A stretch of 64,000 nucleotides of DNA from Desulfatiglandales bacterium (GCA_963666345.1 OY762721.1:1536001-1600000); one strand, 5' to 3'; positions 1 through 9,620 are shown, counted from the stretch's first letter. The notes: generated from the sequence alone by a model not told the origin. A program made the numbers and translations.

Positions 1-18
1 GGCCGTGAGCAATTCATC

Positions 19-708
19 GTGGAATATGAGGGGCATGAAGAAACGATCCTGGCGCATGATTACGATTCCATATACAGGGTCCCCGGCCTGTATGAATATC
101 TCTTCTATGAAAACTACAAGTGCAGCTCCCCCGGTGTGATCAGTTCCATGCTTGAGCAGGTGGTCGAGGACTCCTCAATGGAGATGAGCGATCTCACGGT
201 GCTGGATGTTGGCGCGGGTAACGGGATGGTGGGAGAAAAACTCAAAGATGCCGGCACCGGGTCTCTCCTTGGAATCGATATTATTGAAGAGGCGGCTGAA
301 GCGGCCGAAAGAGACCGTCCCGGAGTCTATAAAGAATACTTTGTAGAGGACCTGATCGAGCTTCCCGAGGATGTGGAAAAAAAGATAGAACAGGCCGAAC
401 CCAACTGTATGACGGTAGTGGCGGCCCTCGGTTTTGACGACATGCCGCCTGGGGCGTTTGTCGCCGGTTACAATCTCATCACGACCCCCGGCTGGATCGC
501 CTTCAATATCAAGGATCAATTTCTCACAGACAATGACACCTCCGGTTTTTCCCGACTGATAAACAGGATAACCTCCGAAGGGTTGTTCGAACCAAGGGCC
601 AGGAGGCGCTATCTGCACCGCTATTGCCAGGACTTCACACCCCTTCACTACTACGCCATCGTGGGGAAGAAGACAGATGATATCCCCTCTGACTGGGCCG
701 AATGCTGA
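19..708 (+). CDS. Class I SAM-dependent methyltransferase (start may lie upstream of the window)
   Basis: VLDVGAGNG motif I followed by GIDI; 229-aa ORF near the window edge. Confidence 0.8.
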   Translation: MEYEGHEETILAHDYDSIYRVPGLYEYLFYENYKCSSPGVISSMLEQVVEDSSMEMSDLTVLDVGAGNGMVGEKLKDAGTGSLLGIDIIEEAAEAAERDRPGVYKEYFVEDLIELPEDVEKKIEQAEPNCMTVVAALGFDDMPPGAFVAGYNLITTPGWIAFNIKDQFLTDNDTSGFSRLINRITSEGLFEPRARRRYLHRYCQDFTPLHYYAIVGKKTDDIPSDWAEC

Positions 709-727
709 AAACTGAAAGGAGAATGCC

Positions 728-2191
728 TTGGAACCTATTGAAATAAACACATTCAGACCCCGGATGCAGGTACTGGACAAGGAGCAGGCCTGGGCGATCC
801 ACAATGCCGCCCTTGAGATCCTTGCAAAAACCGGCTTCAGGATGGAGCATGCCCGGGCAAGAGAGATGCTTGAAGACGCCGGCTGCACCGCCGGCAAGGA
901 CGACTGGATGAGGATGCCCTCCTACATGGTTGAAGATGCCCTCAGAAGCGCCCCCGGACAGATAATGCTCTATGACCAGCAGGGGGAACCTGCCATGTCG
1001 ATCATGAGAGAGAACTGCTTCTTCGGTACCGGATCAGACACGATCTTTACATGTGACCTTGAAACGGGAAAAAGGAGAAGGACGATCTTAAAGGATATCG
1101 GAAAATTCGCGCACCTGGTGGACGGGCTGGACAACATGGCCTTTTCCATGTCAATGGGGAACCCGGCGGATGTTCCGATCAGGGACATATATGTCCATGT
1201 CTTCTCCGAGATGGTCAAATGCAGCAACAAGCCGATAATATTTATCGCGGACAGCGGAAAAGACATAGAGGCCATTCACCGGATAGCCTGCCTGGTGGCG
1301 GGCGGCGAGGACAGGCTCAGGCTCAGGCCCTTTCTTCTCAACTACTCCGAGGCCATAAGCCCTCTCAGGTTTCCGGAAAACGTGGTGGAAAAGCTGATCT
1401 TCTGCGCGGAGAAAAACATACCCATATGCCTGCCTTCAGGCTGTAACGCTGGAGGGGGCGGACCGGTTACGCTGGCAGGGGCCATGGCCCTGGGCATAGC
1501 GGAAAATCTTGTGGGGCTCGTCCTTCACCAGCTTACCTCAAAAGGGGCGCCCTTTCTTTTTGCCCCCAACGTGAGTGTCCTTGATATGAAGCACTCGGTA
1601 ATATCCTACGGTTGCACCGAGTGGAGCCTCACGCAGGCGGCCCTTGCCGACATGAGGGACGAGATCTACGGCATACCGATCTGGGCCTTTGCCGGGGCCA
1701 CCGATTCAAAGCTGGTCGACGGCCAGGCAGGGGCGGAAGGCATGCTTTCCATAATCACGGCAATGCTTTCCCGCTGCAATGTAATCCATGACGTGGGTTA
1801 TATCGAATCGGGCAGCACCTCATCCATGGAGATGCTCGTCATGGCAGACGAGCTTGCAGGCATGGGCAGGTACTTTGTAGAGGGTCTGGCTGTGACGGAA
1901 AACTCCCTTGCCCTCGATGTAATCGACAGGGTGGGCAGGGGGCCTGACGGCGCCATGTTTCTTACTGAAAACCATACGTTTGAGAACTTCAGGACATCCC
2001 ATTTCCTGCCGGAGCTTATGGACCGTTCCAGGCACGAGTCATGGGAGGCGGGCGGTTCAAAGGACCTGTCGGAAAGATGCCATGAAAAGGCGATTGAAAT
2101 ACTTGAAAACCATGAGGTCGTTCAAAAACCTGAACAACTGCTGACCGAGATCGAAGAAATCCTGAAAACGGGATCTGAAAGGAGTAACTGA
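728..2191 (+). CDS. MttB-family (trimethylamine methyltransferase-like) corrinoid methyltransferase, non-pyrrolysine
   Basis: 487 aa; ISPLRF, PVTLAGA, DSKLVDGQAGAE and HDVGYIESG motifs; no in-frame TAG; adjacent to a corrinoid protein. Confidence 0.88.
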   Translation: MEPIEINTFRPRMQVLDKEQAWAIHNAALEILAKTGFRMEHARAREMLEDAGCTAGKDDWMRMPSYMVEDALRSAPGQIMLYDQQGEPAMSIMRENCFFGTGSDTIFTCDLETGKRRRTILKDIGKFAHLVDGLDNMAFSMSMGNPADVPIRDIYVHVFSEMVKCSNKPIIFIADSGKDIEAIHRIACLVAGGEDRLRLRPFLLNYSEAISPLRFPENVVEKLIFCAEKNIPICLPSGCNAGGGGPVTLAGAMALGIAENLVGLVLHQLTSKGAPFLFAPNVSVLDMKHSVISYGCTEWSLTQAALADMRDEIYGIPIWAFAGATDSKLVDGQAGAEGMLSIITAMLSRCNVIHDVGYIESGSTSSMEMLVMADELAGMGRYFVEGLAVTENSLALDVIDRVGRGPDGAMFLTENHTFENFRTSHFLPELMDRSRHESWEAGGSKDLSERCHEKAIEILENHEVVQKPEQLLTEIEEILKTGSERSN

Positions 2192-2192
2192 T

Positions 2193-2870
2193 ATGTTTGA
2201 GTGCGGTGACATGAAAGAGGCCCTTGGCATTGGTGATATCGACAAGGTTTCCAGACTGGTTGAAAAGGCCTGCTCCGACGGTGTGAATGCGCAGGTGATA
2301 CTGGACGAAGGGCTGATCGGCGGGATGAGGCTCGTAGGCGAAAAGATGGAGAAAGGCAACATCTTCATCCCGGAGGTGCTTATGGCGGCAAAGGCCATGA
2401 ACCGGGGGGTCGAGATCCTCAAGCCGGCCCTGAATCAAACCGGATCAAAAAAACGGCACAGGGCCGTTATAGGTACCGTAAAAGGGGACCTGCATGACAT
2501 AGGAAAGAACCTGGTTTCAATGATGTGCCGGAGCACCGGCATGGAGGTGATAGATCTGGGGGTGGATGTTACTACCGACCGGTTTATGGAGGCGCTTGAA
2601 GAATCAGAGGCGGATCTGTTGTGCCTTTCAGCGCTTTTGACCACCACCATGCCTCAGATGAAGGATATAGTGCAGGAGGTAAAGTCAAACGGAATGGCCG
2701 AAAGGGTCAGGGTAATCGTGGGAGGCGCCCCTGTTACCCGGGCCTACGCGGACAGGATAGGTGCGGACGGTTACGCGGCAGACGCCTACGGTGCGACAAG
2801 GCTCGCAGAAGAGATATTCGCCACCACGACCTCCCCTGACAGGCATCGAGTGGAAGAGCATGGATCTTGA
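2193..2870 (+). CDS. Cobalamin-binding corrinoid protein
   Basis: GDLHDIGKNLV B12-binding motif, SALLTTT, VGGAPV, IFIPEVL cap. Confidence 0.93.
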   Translation: MFECGDMKEALGIGDIDKVSRLVEKACSDGVNAQVILDEGLIGGMRLVGEKMEKGNIFIPEVLMAAKAMNRGVEILKPALNQTGSKKRHRAVIGTVKGDLHDIGKNLVSMMCRSTGMEVIDLGVDVTTDRFMEALEESEADLLCLSALLTTTMPQMKDIVQEVKSNGMAERVRVIVGGAPVTRAYADRIGADGYAADAYGATRLAEEIFATTTSPDRHRVEEHGS

Positions 2871-2992
2871 GACATGCGCAAGGCAGCTTCCGTCCCGCCA
2901 AAAGGGGGGGTAATCTCAGGTACCACCATGATGAAAAAACACCTGGATGAGACTTAGTATCCAGGCGGTAACCCCATTTCCATTGTAAAGCC

Positions 2993-3032
2993 GATGAAGC
3001 CTTCGGCCCTTCATGAAGCAGGGCCGAAATAT
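2993..3032. repeat. Hairpin repeat (copy 1; copy 2 at 9385-9424)
   Basis: GATGAAGCCTTCGGCCCTTCATGAAGCAGGGCCGAAATAT; stem TTCGGCCCT/AGGGCCGAA. Confidence 0.75.
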
Positions 3033-3227
3033 TTCGGCACCTGCTGATCAGGCAAAGGCCCGCCCTGTTTTGTTTCTTTTAACACTGTTTTTTAACTTTT
3101 CCGCTTCATTCCTGCCGGCCTGCATCCCTTTTCACTGAAAAGATTAAAAAAATACTTGTTTTTTGAACGATTTTATATTTAAGCTGTATTTCCCTGTGCA
3201 CCTTTTTCCGACTCACGTTGACATAAG

Positions 3228-3380
3228 ATGCAAAAAGACAGGCCAGCCCAAAAATTTATATCCACCGGATGCCTCATCGGGCCTGAAACAGGAAAGGCCC
3301 TCGGCACCACACTGGAGTTTACACCTCCCGGCATATCTGAACCCATAGCAGGCATCTTGGACGGAAGCCCTTTCAATCCC
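3228..3380 (+). pseudogene. ADP-ribosylglycohydrolase (DraG-like) 5' remnant
   Basis: TGCLIGPETGKALGTTLEFTPPG..EPI....GSPF resembles the DraG-family N-terminus; homologous to 12923-13050 including the upstream DNA. Confidence 0.6.
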
Positions 3381-3557
3381 GACCCCTGTCAGCGGACAGG
3401 TGTTAATGCCTGCGCAGTCCGCGGCCGGATTCCCCTTTTTTTAGACCTTGAAAAACATGCATATACCAACGGAATATCCGTTGTTTATCCATATGGCAAG
3501 GTTGGAAGTCGGGCAATACCTTAAATAGATCAGATGGAAAAAAAGGAGGGAGTGAGT

Positions 3558-3842
3558 ATGAACGAGGTTCATGACGAAAACGGCTATGGTCTCGTGATCT
3601 TCAAGCCGGGAACACCGTCCGGCACAAAGGTCAAATCAGTCATCTTTTTCATTATCCTCTGCATCATCATCCTGGCGCAGGCGTGCTACTGGCTCTTTGC
3701 CAACAGCGCCGAACCGATCGTCCTTGGGATGCCCTACGGCATGTTCTTTGTGGTGCTTCTCATATTTATCGAATTCATTGCGCTGGTGGCCCTGTATTTT
3801 TCCGATAACAAATCAGAGCCGGGAGAAGGAGGTGCAAAATGA
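3558..3842 (+). CDS. Small two-TM membrane protein, partner of the SSS symporter
   Basis: Two hydrophobic segments, PIVLGMP motif; stop overlaps the symporter start. Confidence 0.75.
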   Translation: MNEVHDENGYGLVIFKPGTPSGTKVKSVIFFIILCIIILAQACYWLFANSAEPIVLGMPYGMFFVVLLIFIEFIALVALYFSDNKSEPGEGGAK

Positions 3843-5296
3843 ACTGGATAATTACCCTGTCAGTCATCATTGCCTACCTGTTTATCGTCTTCTGCATAGG
3901 TTCCCTTTCCGGCCGGGGACGCGAAAACTCGGTGCAGGAATACATAGCAGCCAACCGCAATCTCGGGTTCGTTGTCATGTACTTTCTCATGGGAGGCGCC
4001 ATATTCAGCGCGTTTGCCTACCTGGGCGGCCCGGGATGGGCATATTCCAAGGGGGCGGCGGCCTTCTACATCCTGGGGTACTGCGCGCTCGGGCTTGTGC
4101 CCTGGTGGATCTGGGGCCCGCGGGCGGCCCGTGCAGGGAAGAAATTCCGCTACGTGACACAGGCCCAGCTGTTCTCGGACCGTTTCCAGTCAAAGGCCCT
4201 CTCAGTCATTATCGCCGTGGTAAGCATCCTGGCATTTATCCAGTACATCACGCTCCAGATGAAGGGAAGCGCCTACGTGTTTGAGGTCGCCTCCGAAGGA
4301 AGGATTCCCTTCTGGGCGGGCGCGATCATCGCCTATGTGGTGGTGGTGGCATACGTACTGTTCGGGGGCGTGCGTGCGGTGGCCTGGACAAACGTGTTCC
4401 AGGGGATCTTCATGGTGGTTACCGCCTGGGTCCTGGGGCTCTATTTCGCCTACTCCCTTTATGACGGCCCGGGAAACATGTTTTTGCAGATAAACGACAA
4501 GCTCCCCACCCATCTGCTGGTGGGACCCGGCACCAAACTGGGATACATGGAGTATGCAACAGCCCTCCTTGTATCGGTTCTCGGCTTTTCCATGTGGCCG
4601 CATCTTTTCATGAAGGCCTATACGGCTGAAAGCGAAAAGGTTCTGAAGCGAACCATCGTCTGGTACCCGACATTCGCCATATTCCTGGTGCCTGTGCTCT
4701 TTATCGGATTTGCTGGCATCATGCAGGTCGACCCGAAGGTGCTCGGTGCACCCGACAGGATTCTGCCGTGGATGTTCGCCAACATGAAGTTCGGGCCCTT
4801 TGCCATAGGCCTTGTACTTGCCGCGGCCCTGGCAGCCGCCATGTCCACTCAGGACACGATCACGCATGCGGCAGGCTCCATATTTGCGCAGGACCTGGTC
4901 GAGGTCCTTAAGAAGGAAAAACATACTGAAGAGGAAGCCACCCGCTGGATCAGGATCTCGGTGGTGGGCTTCGGCCTTGTCTCCTATCTCATAGCCGTAT
5001 TCGGAGGCCAGACACTCGTGTCGCTCCTTCTGGGGGCATACGGCTCCATCGTGCAGCTGCTTCCGCTTGCGGCCGCCACCTTTTTCTGGCCCAGGGCTAC
5101 CAAGGCCGGCGCCATCTGCGGCATACTCACGGGAGTCATGTTCAACTACGCAATAGTGCTCAAGCTTATACCCAAATTCGCGGGCATTCACGCAGGCATC
5201 CAGGGGCTGGTGCTCAATATCATAGTGCTGGTGATAATCTCCTACCTGACCCGGCCCATGGAAAAAGAGCATGTGCGCAAGTTTGTGGAAATCTGA
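3839..5296 (+). CDS. Sodium:solute symporter (SSS family)
   Basis: 485 aa polytopic; EYIAANRNLG, FSAFAYLGGPGWAY, GGVRAVAWTNVFQG, AAAMST motifs. Confidence 0.92.
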   Translation: MNWIITLSVIIAYLFIVFCIGSLSGRGRENSVQEYIAANRNLGFVVMYFLMGGAIFSAFAYLGGPGWAYSKGAAAFYILGYCALGLVPWWIWGPRAARAGKKFRYVTQAQLFSDRFQSKALSVIIAVVSILAFIQYITLQMKGSAYVFEVASEGRIPFWAGAIIAYVVVVAYVLFGGVRAVAWTNVFQGIFMVVTAWVLGLYFAYSLYDGPGNMFLQINDKLPTHLLVGPGTKLGYMEYATALLVSVLGFSMWPHLFMKAYTAESEKVLKRTIVWYPTFAIFLVPVLFIGFAGIMQVDPKVLGAPDRILPWMFANMKFGPFAIGLVLAAALAAAMSTQDTITHAAGSIFAQDLVEVLKKEKHTEEEATRWIRISVVGFGLVSYLIAVFGGQTLVSLLLGAYGSIVQLLPLAAATFFWPRATKAGAICGILTGVMFNYAIVLKLIPKFAGIHAGIQGLVLNIIVLVIISYLTRPMEKEHVRKFVEI

Positions 5297-5312
5297 TAAA
5301 TCTTTCTAAAAT

Positions 5313-5349
5313 CCGACCGGGGCGGGCCCAAAAGCCCCGCCCCGGTCGA
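5313..5349 (+). terminator. GC-rich hairpin after the symporter
   Basis: CGACCGGGGCGGG...CCCGCCCCGGTCG; no clear U-tract. Confidence 0.55.
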
Positions 5350-5355
5350 TTGACA

Positions 5356-5502
5356 TTGATGACGTCTTAAAAGGTAATAATTGAGACGGTAAACCAAAAA
5401 GCTCCAAATGCAAGTCTTGAGGAATGAGGAGTACTCTCAGTACGTCGCAATGACGAAAGATGAAGCGTAACGCAGCAGTTGGACTTTTTACGAAACCGTC
5501 AA
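5356..5502. repeat. MITE-like intergenic element with imperfect terminal inverted repeats
   Basis: TTGATGACGTCTTAAAAGGT ... ACTTTTTACGAAACCGTCAA; resembles a common deltaproteobacterial repeat (from recall). Confidence 0.6.
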
Positions 5503-5533
5503 CTTTCACAATTAACAGAAATGGAAAAAAACC

Positions 5534-6697
5534 ATGACAGACCTGAAAGATATCATAGCCTCACACAGGGCACAGATAATCAAATGGCGGCGCGAGCTGC
5601 ACACGATCCCGGAGACGGGATTCAACGAGAAAAAGACCGCCGCCTATGTGGCGGACCAGCTGACCCGCCTAGGGCTTGAGACAAGGAAGGGGATCGCCAA
5701 AAACGGTCTGGTCGGCCTTATGCAGCTTGAAGGGCCTGGTAAGACCGTGATGGTAAGATCAGACATGGACGCGCTACCGATAAAGGAGGAAACCGGTCTA
5801 TCCTTTTCCTCCACACATGAAGGCACAATGCACGCCTGCGGCCACGACGGACACATGGCCATGGTGCTCGGGGCTGCACTCGTTACCGGCAAGCTCAAAG
5901 ACAAACTCAAGGGCAACGTAAAATTCCTGTTTCAGCCTGCAGAAGAGGGTCCCGGCGGCGCAAAACCGATGATCGAAGAAGGGGTGATGGAAGACCCCCA
6001 CGTGGATTTTTCAATCGGCGCGCACGTGTGGCCCGCCCTTCCAAAGGGCACGGTAGGGGTAAAGGCGGGCAGGCTCATGGCGGCAATGGACTGGTTCACC
6101 CTTGTGATTAAGGGAAAAGGGGGCCACGGCGCCATGCCCCACATGTGCATTGACCCGATAGATACCGCAGCCCAGGTCATAAACTCCCTCCAGAGAATCG
6201 TAAGCCGTCGCATGAACCCCCAGAACCCCACGGTGGTAACGATCGGCGCGATAAAAGGGGGCAGCACCTTTAACATCATACCGGATACGGTCGAGATGCA
6301 AGGCACCACCAGGACCTTTGACCGGACCATATGGGAGTCGTGGCCCGAGCGGATGGAACAAGTCATAAAGGGTGTGTGTGACGCGGCAGGTGCGGAATAT
6401 GAGCTTGACTACAACCAGGGATACCCGCCCACCCTGAATGACGCGGTAATGGCCGAGATTGCAGGAAGATGCGCGGCCGATACGGTCGGAGCGGACAAAG
6501 TGGTCGAGCCTGAGCCCACCATGGGAGGTGAGGACATGTCCTTTTATCTTGAAAGGTCAAAGGGCTGCTTCATATTCCTCGGCACCGGGACAAAGGGCTG
6601 CGCCCCCCTTCACAACAGCCGGTTTGATTTTGACGAGGATGTCCTACTTACCGGGGTGGAACTCTACTGCAGGATGCTCCTTGAGCTTCTCGGCTGA
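5534..6697 (+). CDS. M20D amidohydrolase
   Basis: RRELHTIPE, RSDMDALPI, MHACGHDGH, FQPAEEG, GGEDMS, PLHNSRFDFDE. Confidence 0.95.
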   Translation: MTDLKDIIASHRAQIIKWRRELHTIPETGFNEKKTAAYVADQLTRLGLETRKGIAKNGLVGLMQLEGPGKTVMVRSDMDALPIKEETGLSFSSTHEGTMHACGHDGHMAMVLGAALVTGKLKDKLKGNVKFLFQPAEEGPGGAKPMIEEGVMEDPHVDFSIGAHVWPALPKGTVGVKAGRLMAAMDWFTLVIKGKGGHGAMPHMCIDPIDTAAQVINSLQRIVSRRMNPQNPTVVTIGAIKGGSTFNIIPDTVEMQGTTRTFDRTIWESWPERMEQVIKGVCDAAGAEYELDYNQGYPPTLNDAVMAEIAGRCAADTVGADKVVEPEPTMGGEDMSFYLERSKGCFIFLGTGTKGCAPLHNSRFDFDEDVLLTGVELYCRMLLELLG

Positions 6698-6768
6698 TCA
6701 CTCACTGCGGGCATCTTTCTTATTTTGAAACAATCGAGATCTTTTGTCCGGTCACCCATGTTTATCAG

Positions 6769-6799
6769 GTAAAACCGATAAATTCATGGGTGTCCCCCT
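6769..6799 (+). repeat. Cassette-delimiting motif copy L1 (part of a hairpin at 6751-6794)
   Basis: GTAAAACCGATAAATTCATGGGTGTCCCCCT. Confidence 0.85.
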
Positions 6800-6839
6800 T
6801 ATCGCTGCGTCAAAACAGCTTGCATCCCCTGTTTTTAAT

Positions 6840-6855
6840 GACTATAATTATAGTC
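6840..6855. promoter_or_regulatory. Probable TA operator palindrome
   Basis: Perfect palindrome GACTATAATTATAGTC containing TATAAT, upstream of the antitoxin. Confidence 0.6.
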
Positions 6856-6881
6856 TAAATGGGATGTAAAGGAGACCAGCA

Positions 6882-7154
6882 ATGACCAGAACCATTTCAC
6901 TTGCCGAGGCAAAAAAAAGCCTTTCCGCCATTGTAAAGGATGTTGATGAAAAATACGACCGCTTCGCCATTACAAGAAACGGCGTGAGTAAGGCCGTGCT
7001 CCTTAGCAGCGATGAATTCGAGGGGCTCCTTGAAACCATCGAAATTCTTTCAGCCGCGGAGGAGCGTGACGCCATAGCAAGGGCAAAGAAACAGGTGAGA
7101 TCGGGTGAAACCGTTTCTATCAGGAAAATCAGGGAAAGGTACGATATCGATTAA
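6882..7154 (+). CDS. Phd/YefM antitoxin
   Basis: ISLAEAKKSLSAIV..V....ITRNG...AVLLS..E pattern. Confidence 0.9.
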   Translation: MTRTISLAEAKKSLSAIVKDVDEKYDRFAITRNGVSKAVLLSSDEFEGLLETIEILSAAEERDAIARAKKQVRSGETVSIRKIRERYDID

Positions 7155-7417
7155 TGCCCCACTCTATTGAATTCTCAAAAGAGGCCGCACGGGACATCGA
7201 TGTCCTTTACTCTTCAGATAAAAAGCTCTTTACCAGAATAATCAACAAGATTGAATCTCTTGAGGAAACTCCCTTTGAAGGCAAACCCCTTGTGGGCAAT
7301 CACAGGGGTGAGTTCTCCTTGAGGGTGGGAAATTACCGCATCGTCTATGAAACCGATTCCCCGGCAAAAACCGTCTACATACTCACCATCAAACACCGAA
7401 GGCATGTGTACAAGTAG
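7154..7417 (+). CDS. RelE/ParE family toxin
   Basis: 87 aa; GKPLVG, LRVGNYRIVY, ILTIKHRRHVY; coupled to the antitoxin. Confidence 0.9.
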   Translation: MPHSIEFSKEAARDIDVLYSSDKKLFTRIINKIESLEETPFEGKPLVGNHRGEFSLRVGNYRIVYETDSPAKTVYILTIKHRRHVYK

Positions 7418-7476
7418 CCGATATTTTTAATGGGTATCCGCTTGATACGGTCGTTATCATAAAAAAATGAGTGGAA

Positions 7477-7498
7477 ATACCACGCAATTGCGTGGTAT
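7477..7498. promoter_or_regulatory. Probable operator palindrome of the MNT-HEPN operon
   Basis: Perfect 22-bp palindrome ATACCACGCAATTGCGTGGTAT, 11 bp before the ATG. Confidence 0.6.
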
Positions 7499-7509
7499 AA
7501 ACACGCAAT

Positions 7510-8097
7510 ATGGATACATTGAATACGATATTATCTTCCCGCACCCGCGCTGAAATCTTCAGGCTCCTTTTCGGCACCGTCGAGGAGGAGCTTCACCTTC
7601 GTGAGATCCAGCGCCGTTCCGGACTTAACGACAGCACAATCCGTCAGGAATTGCGTAAACTGCTTCAACTCGATCTGGTAAAGGGGCGAAAGGACAGTAA
7701 CAGGATCTATTACAGTGGCAACAGATCACACCCTCTCCATCCTGAAATCCGGAATATGGTTTTAAAGACTGTAGGCCTTGCTCAAGTCCTGAGAGACGCC
7801 CTTCAGGACGAACGGATTGAAGTGGCCTTTGTCTTCGGCTCTGTTGCAGAGGGCAAGGCAACCGCCGACAGTGATATTGACCTCTTTGTAATTGGAGATC
7901 TGGGCCTGCGCTCACTTTCAGAACTGCTCTCAGACACCTCCGAAAAAATCGGAAGAGAAATCAACCCTCACGTGATGAATGTAAGTTCCTTTCTTAAAAG
8001 GGTCGAAACCGGTGAACATTTTGTTTCCAGCGTAATCGAATCGCAGAAATTGTTCATAATCGGGACTGAAAATGACCTTAAAGCAATGGGCCGATAA
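7510..8097 (+). CDS. wHTH + minimal nucleotidyltransferase (MNT antitoxin)
   Basis: N-terminal HTH; FVFGSVAEG..SDIDLFVIG NTase motif. Confidence 0.88.
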   Translation: MDTLNTILSSRTRAEIFRLLFGTVEEELHLREIQRRSGLNDSTIRQELRKLLQLDLVKGRKDSNRIYYSGNRSHPLHPEIRNMVLKTVGLAQVLRDALQDERIEVAFVFGSVAEGKATADSDIDLFVIGDLGLRSLSELLSDTSEKIGREINPHVMNVSSFLKRVETGEHFVSSVIESQKLFIIGTENDLKAMGR

Positions 8098-8511
8098 CGG
8101 CTGGCTGACTTCTCATAAATCAAGTGCACAGGAAATAGGCAATCTCCTGGCTATTGTCGAGCGCGACATTAAAGACGCTTCTAAAAGAACCATTTCCGCG
8201 GATTGGCGCTTTGGGATCGCCTATAATGCCGCTTTAAAACTTTGCACCATCCTTCTTTATGCCGAAGGCTACAGGGCGGAAAGAAACCTTCAGCATTACC
8301 GTACTATTCAGGCCCTGCCACTCATCTTGGGACAAGAGAAAAAAAGGATGCAAATTACCTGGACACATGCCGCTCAAAAAGGAACATCGTCGAATACGAT
8401 TACGTTGGAGGGGTCACGGAAGAAGATGCGGAAGAACTCATTGATTTTGCAGAAGGCCTGAAAGAGGAAGTTGAAGTATGGCTTGAAAAAAGGCATCCGC
8501 TACTTGCATAG
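8072..8511 (+). pseudogene. HEPN-like toxin, frameshifted at an A7 run (8339-8345)
   Basis: The frame from 8072 (WRFGIAYNAAL..QHYRT) continues in the -1 frame as DANYLDTCRSKRNIVEYD..DAEELI; coupled to MNT. Confidence 0.75.
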
Positions 8512-8570
8512 GGAAAACTCCCGCTGAACCTCCAATCGTCACCTCACCGACAAATTACGCTTAAATTCAG

Positions 8571-8601
8571 GAGAAACTGATAATTTCATGGGCGTCCCCC
8601 T
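8571..8601 (+). repeat. Cassette-delimiting motif copy L2
   Basis: GAGAAACTGATAATTTCATGGGCGTCCCCCT. Confidence 0.95.
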
Positions 8602-8680
8602 TATTGCTTTAAGGGGAGAAACCGGCAGATCAATAATAGCTGCCCTATCATTTTTACATCAATATTGATGTTGACCAGCC

Positions 8681-9034
8681 ATGGAATTTACTATAGAATT
8701 TTATGAAACCAGCTCGGGTAGATCCCCTGTGCGTGAGTTTCTTGATAAGATCAAGGGATCCAGTCCCGATGATTTTGCGATGGTCCTGGCAGGGCTGGCA
8801 AAGCTCCGAAAAAGTAATTATCACAAGGCACCTCTATCAAAACCGATAGGGAACGATCTTTTCGAATTGCGACATGTCGGCAGGTTGAATACCAGAATCT
8901 TATACTTTTTTATGAAAGGAAGACGGATAATCCTTGTCCATGGCTTGAGGAAAAAGACAAGAGCCATCCCCGCCGGCGACCGGCAGGTTGCCATGGAGAG
9001 GAAAGAAGACTGGCTGAAGAGGAATACAACATGA
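8681..9034 (+). CDS. HigB/RelE (Gp49-like) toxin
   Basis: FYETSSGRSPVREFL, LFELR, RILYFF..RIILVHG.RKKT; palindrome ACATCAATATTGATGT at 8656-8671 upstream. Confidence 0.9.
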   Translation: MEFTIEFYETSSGRSPVREFLDKIKGSSPDDFAMVLAGLAKLRKSNYHKAPLSKPIGNDLFELRHVGRLNTRILYFFMKGRRIILVHGLRKKTRAIPAGDRQVAMERKEDWLKRNTT

Positions 9035-9378
9035 AGGGAAAAACAGACTTTGACCGCTACCTTGAAGATCAATTGAAAAATCCCGAATTTGCCGCACGAT
9101 TCAAAAAGGCCGGCCAGGCCTGGGAGATTGCCATGCAGCTTGCCGCACTGCGTAAGGAATCAGGCTTATCTCAAAAGGAACTCGCAAATCGTCTCGGGAC
9201 ATCTCAGCAACAGATCAGCCGTCTTGAATCACCTGGCTATGAGGGGCATTCCCTGAGCATGATACGTCGATTTGCCGATGAACTGGGAGCTGCAGTCCAG
9301 GTAAGGATTGTAAAAAAGAGGCATACTGAAAAACTCGCCATCGCGGAAAAAAAGGGAGAATACCTGAACAAAACCTGA
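9031..9378 (+). CDS. HigA-like XRE HTH antitoxin
   Basis: LRKESGLSQKELANRLGTSQQQISRLES. Confidence 0.9.
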   Translation: MKGKTDFDRYLEDQLKNPEFAARFKKAGQAWEIAMQLAALRKESGLSQKELANRLGTSQQQISRLESPGYEGHSLSMIRRFADELGAAVQVRIVKKRHTEKLAIAEKKGEYLNKT

Positions 9379-9384
9379 TTTCCG

Positions 9385-9424
9385 GATGATGCCTTCGGCC
9401 CTGCATGTCGCAGGGCCGAAATAT
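9385..9424. repeat. Hairpin repeat (copy 2)
   Basis: GATGATGCCTTCGGCCCTGCATGTCGCAGGGCCGAAATAT, similar to 2993-3032. Confidence 0.75.
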
Positions 9425-9620
9425 CCTGTCAATCCTGTTAATCAAGCGAAGCGGGAGGTTGATAACTCCTTTTTCTTCCTCGAAATACACCGACTTTTTT
9501 GCAATTACTCTGCAAAATATCCGCATCCGCCTTGCAAAAAAGGCCGTTAACTTTACATAAAGTCATTTGAAATTCAAGCGCTACACTGAGCATAAACATC
9601 TGATGTGAACTAAATATCAG

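Noticed and set aside
728..2191. Pyrrolysine read-through in the MttB homolog
   Set aside because: The ORF is full length with no in-frame TAG.
4202..5272. 356-aa antisense ORF (and similar shadows such as 46937-47788)
   Set aside because: It lies opposite well-supported genes and has no recognisable motifs.
5306..5509. 67-aa ORF MKVDGFVKSP
   Set aside because: It is a translation of the MITE-like repeat.
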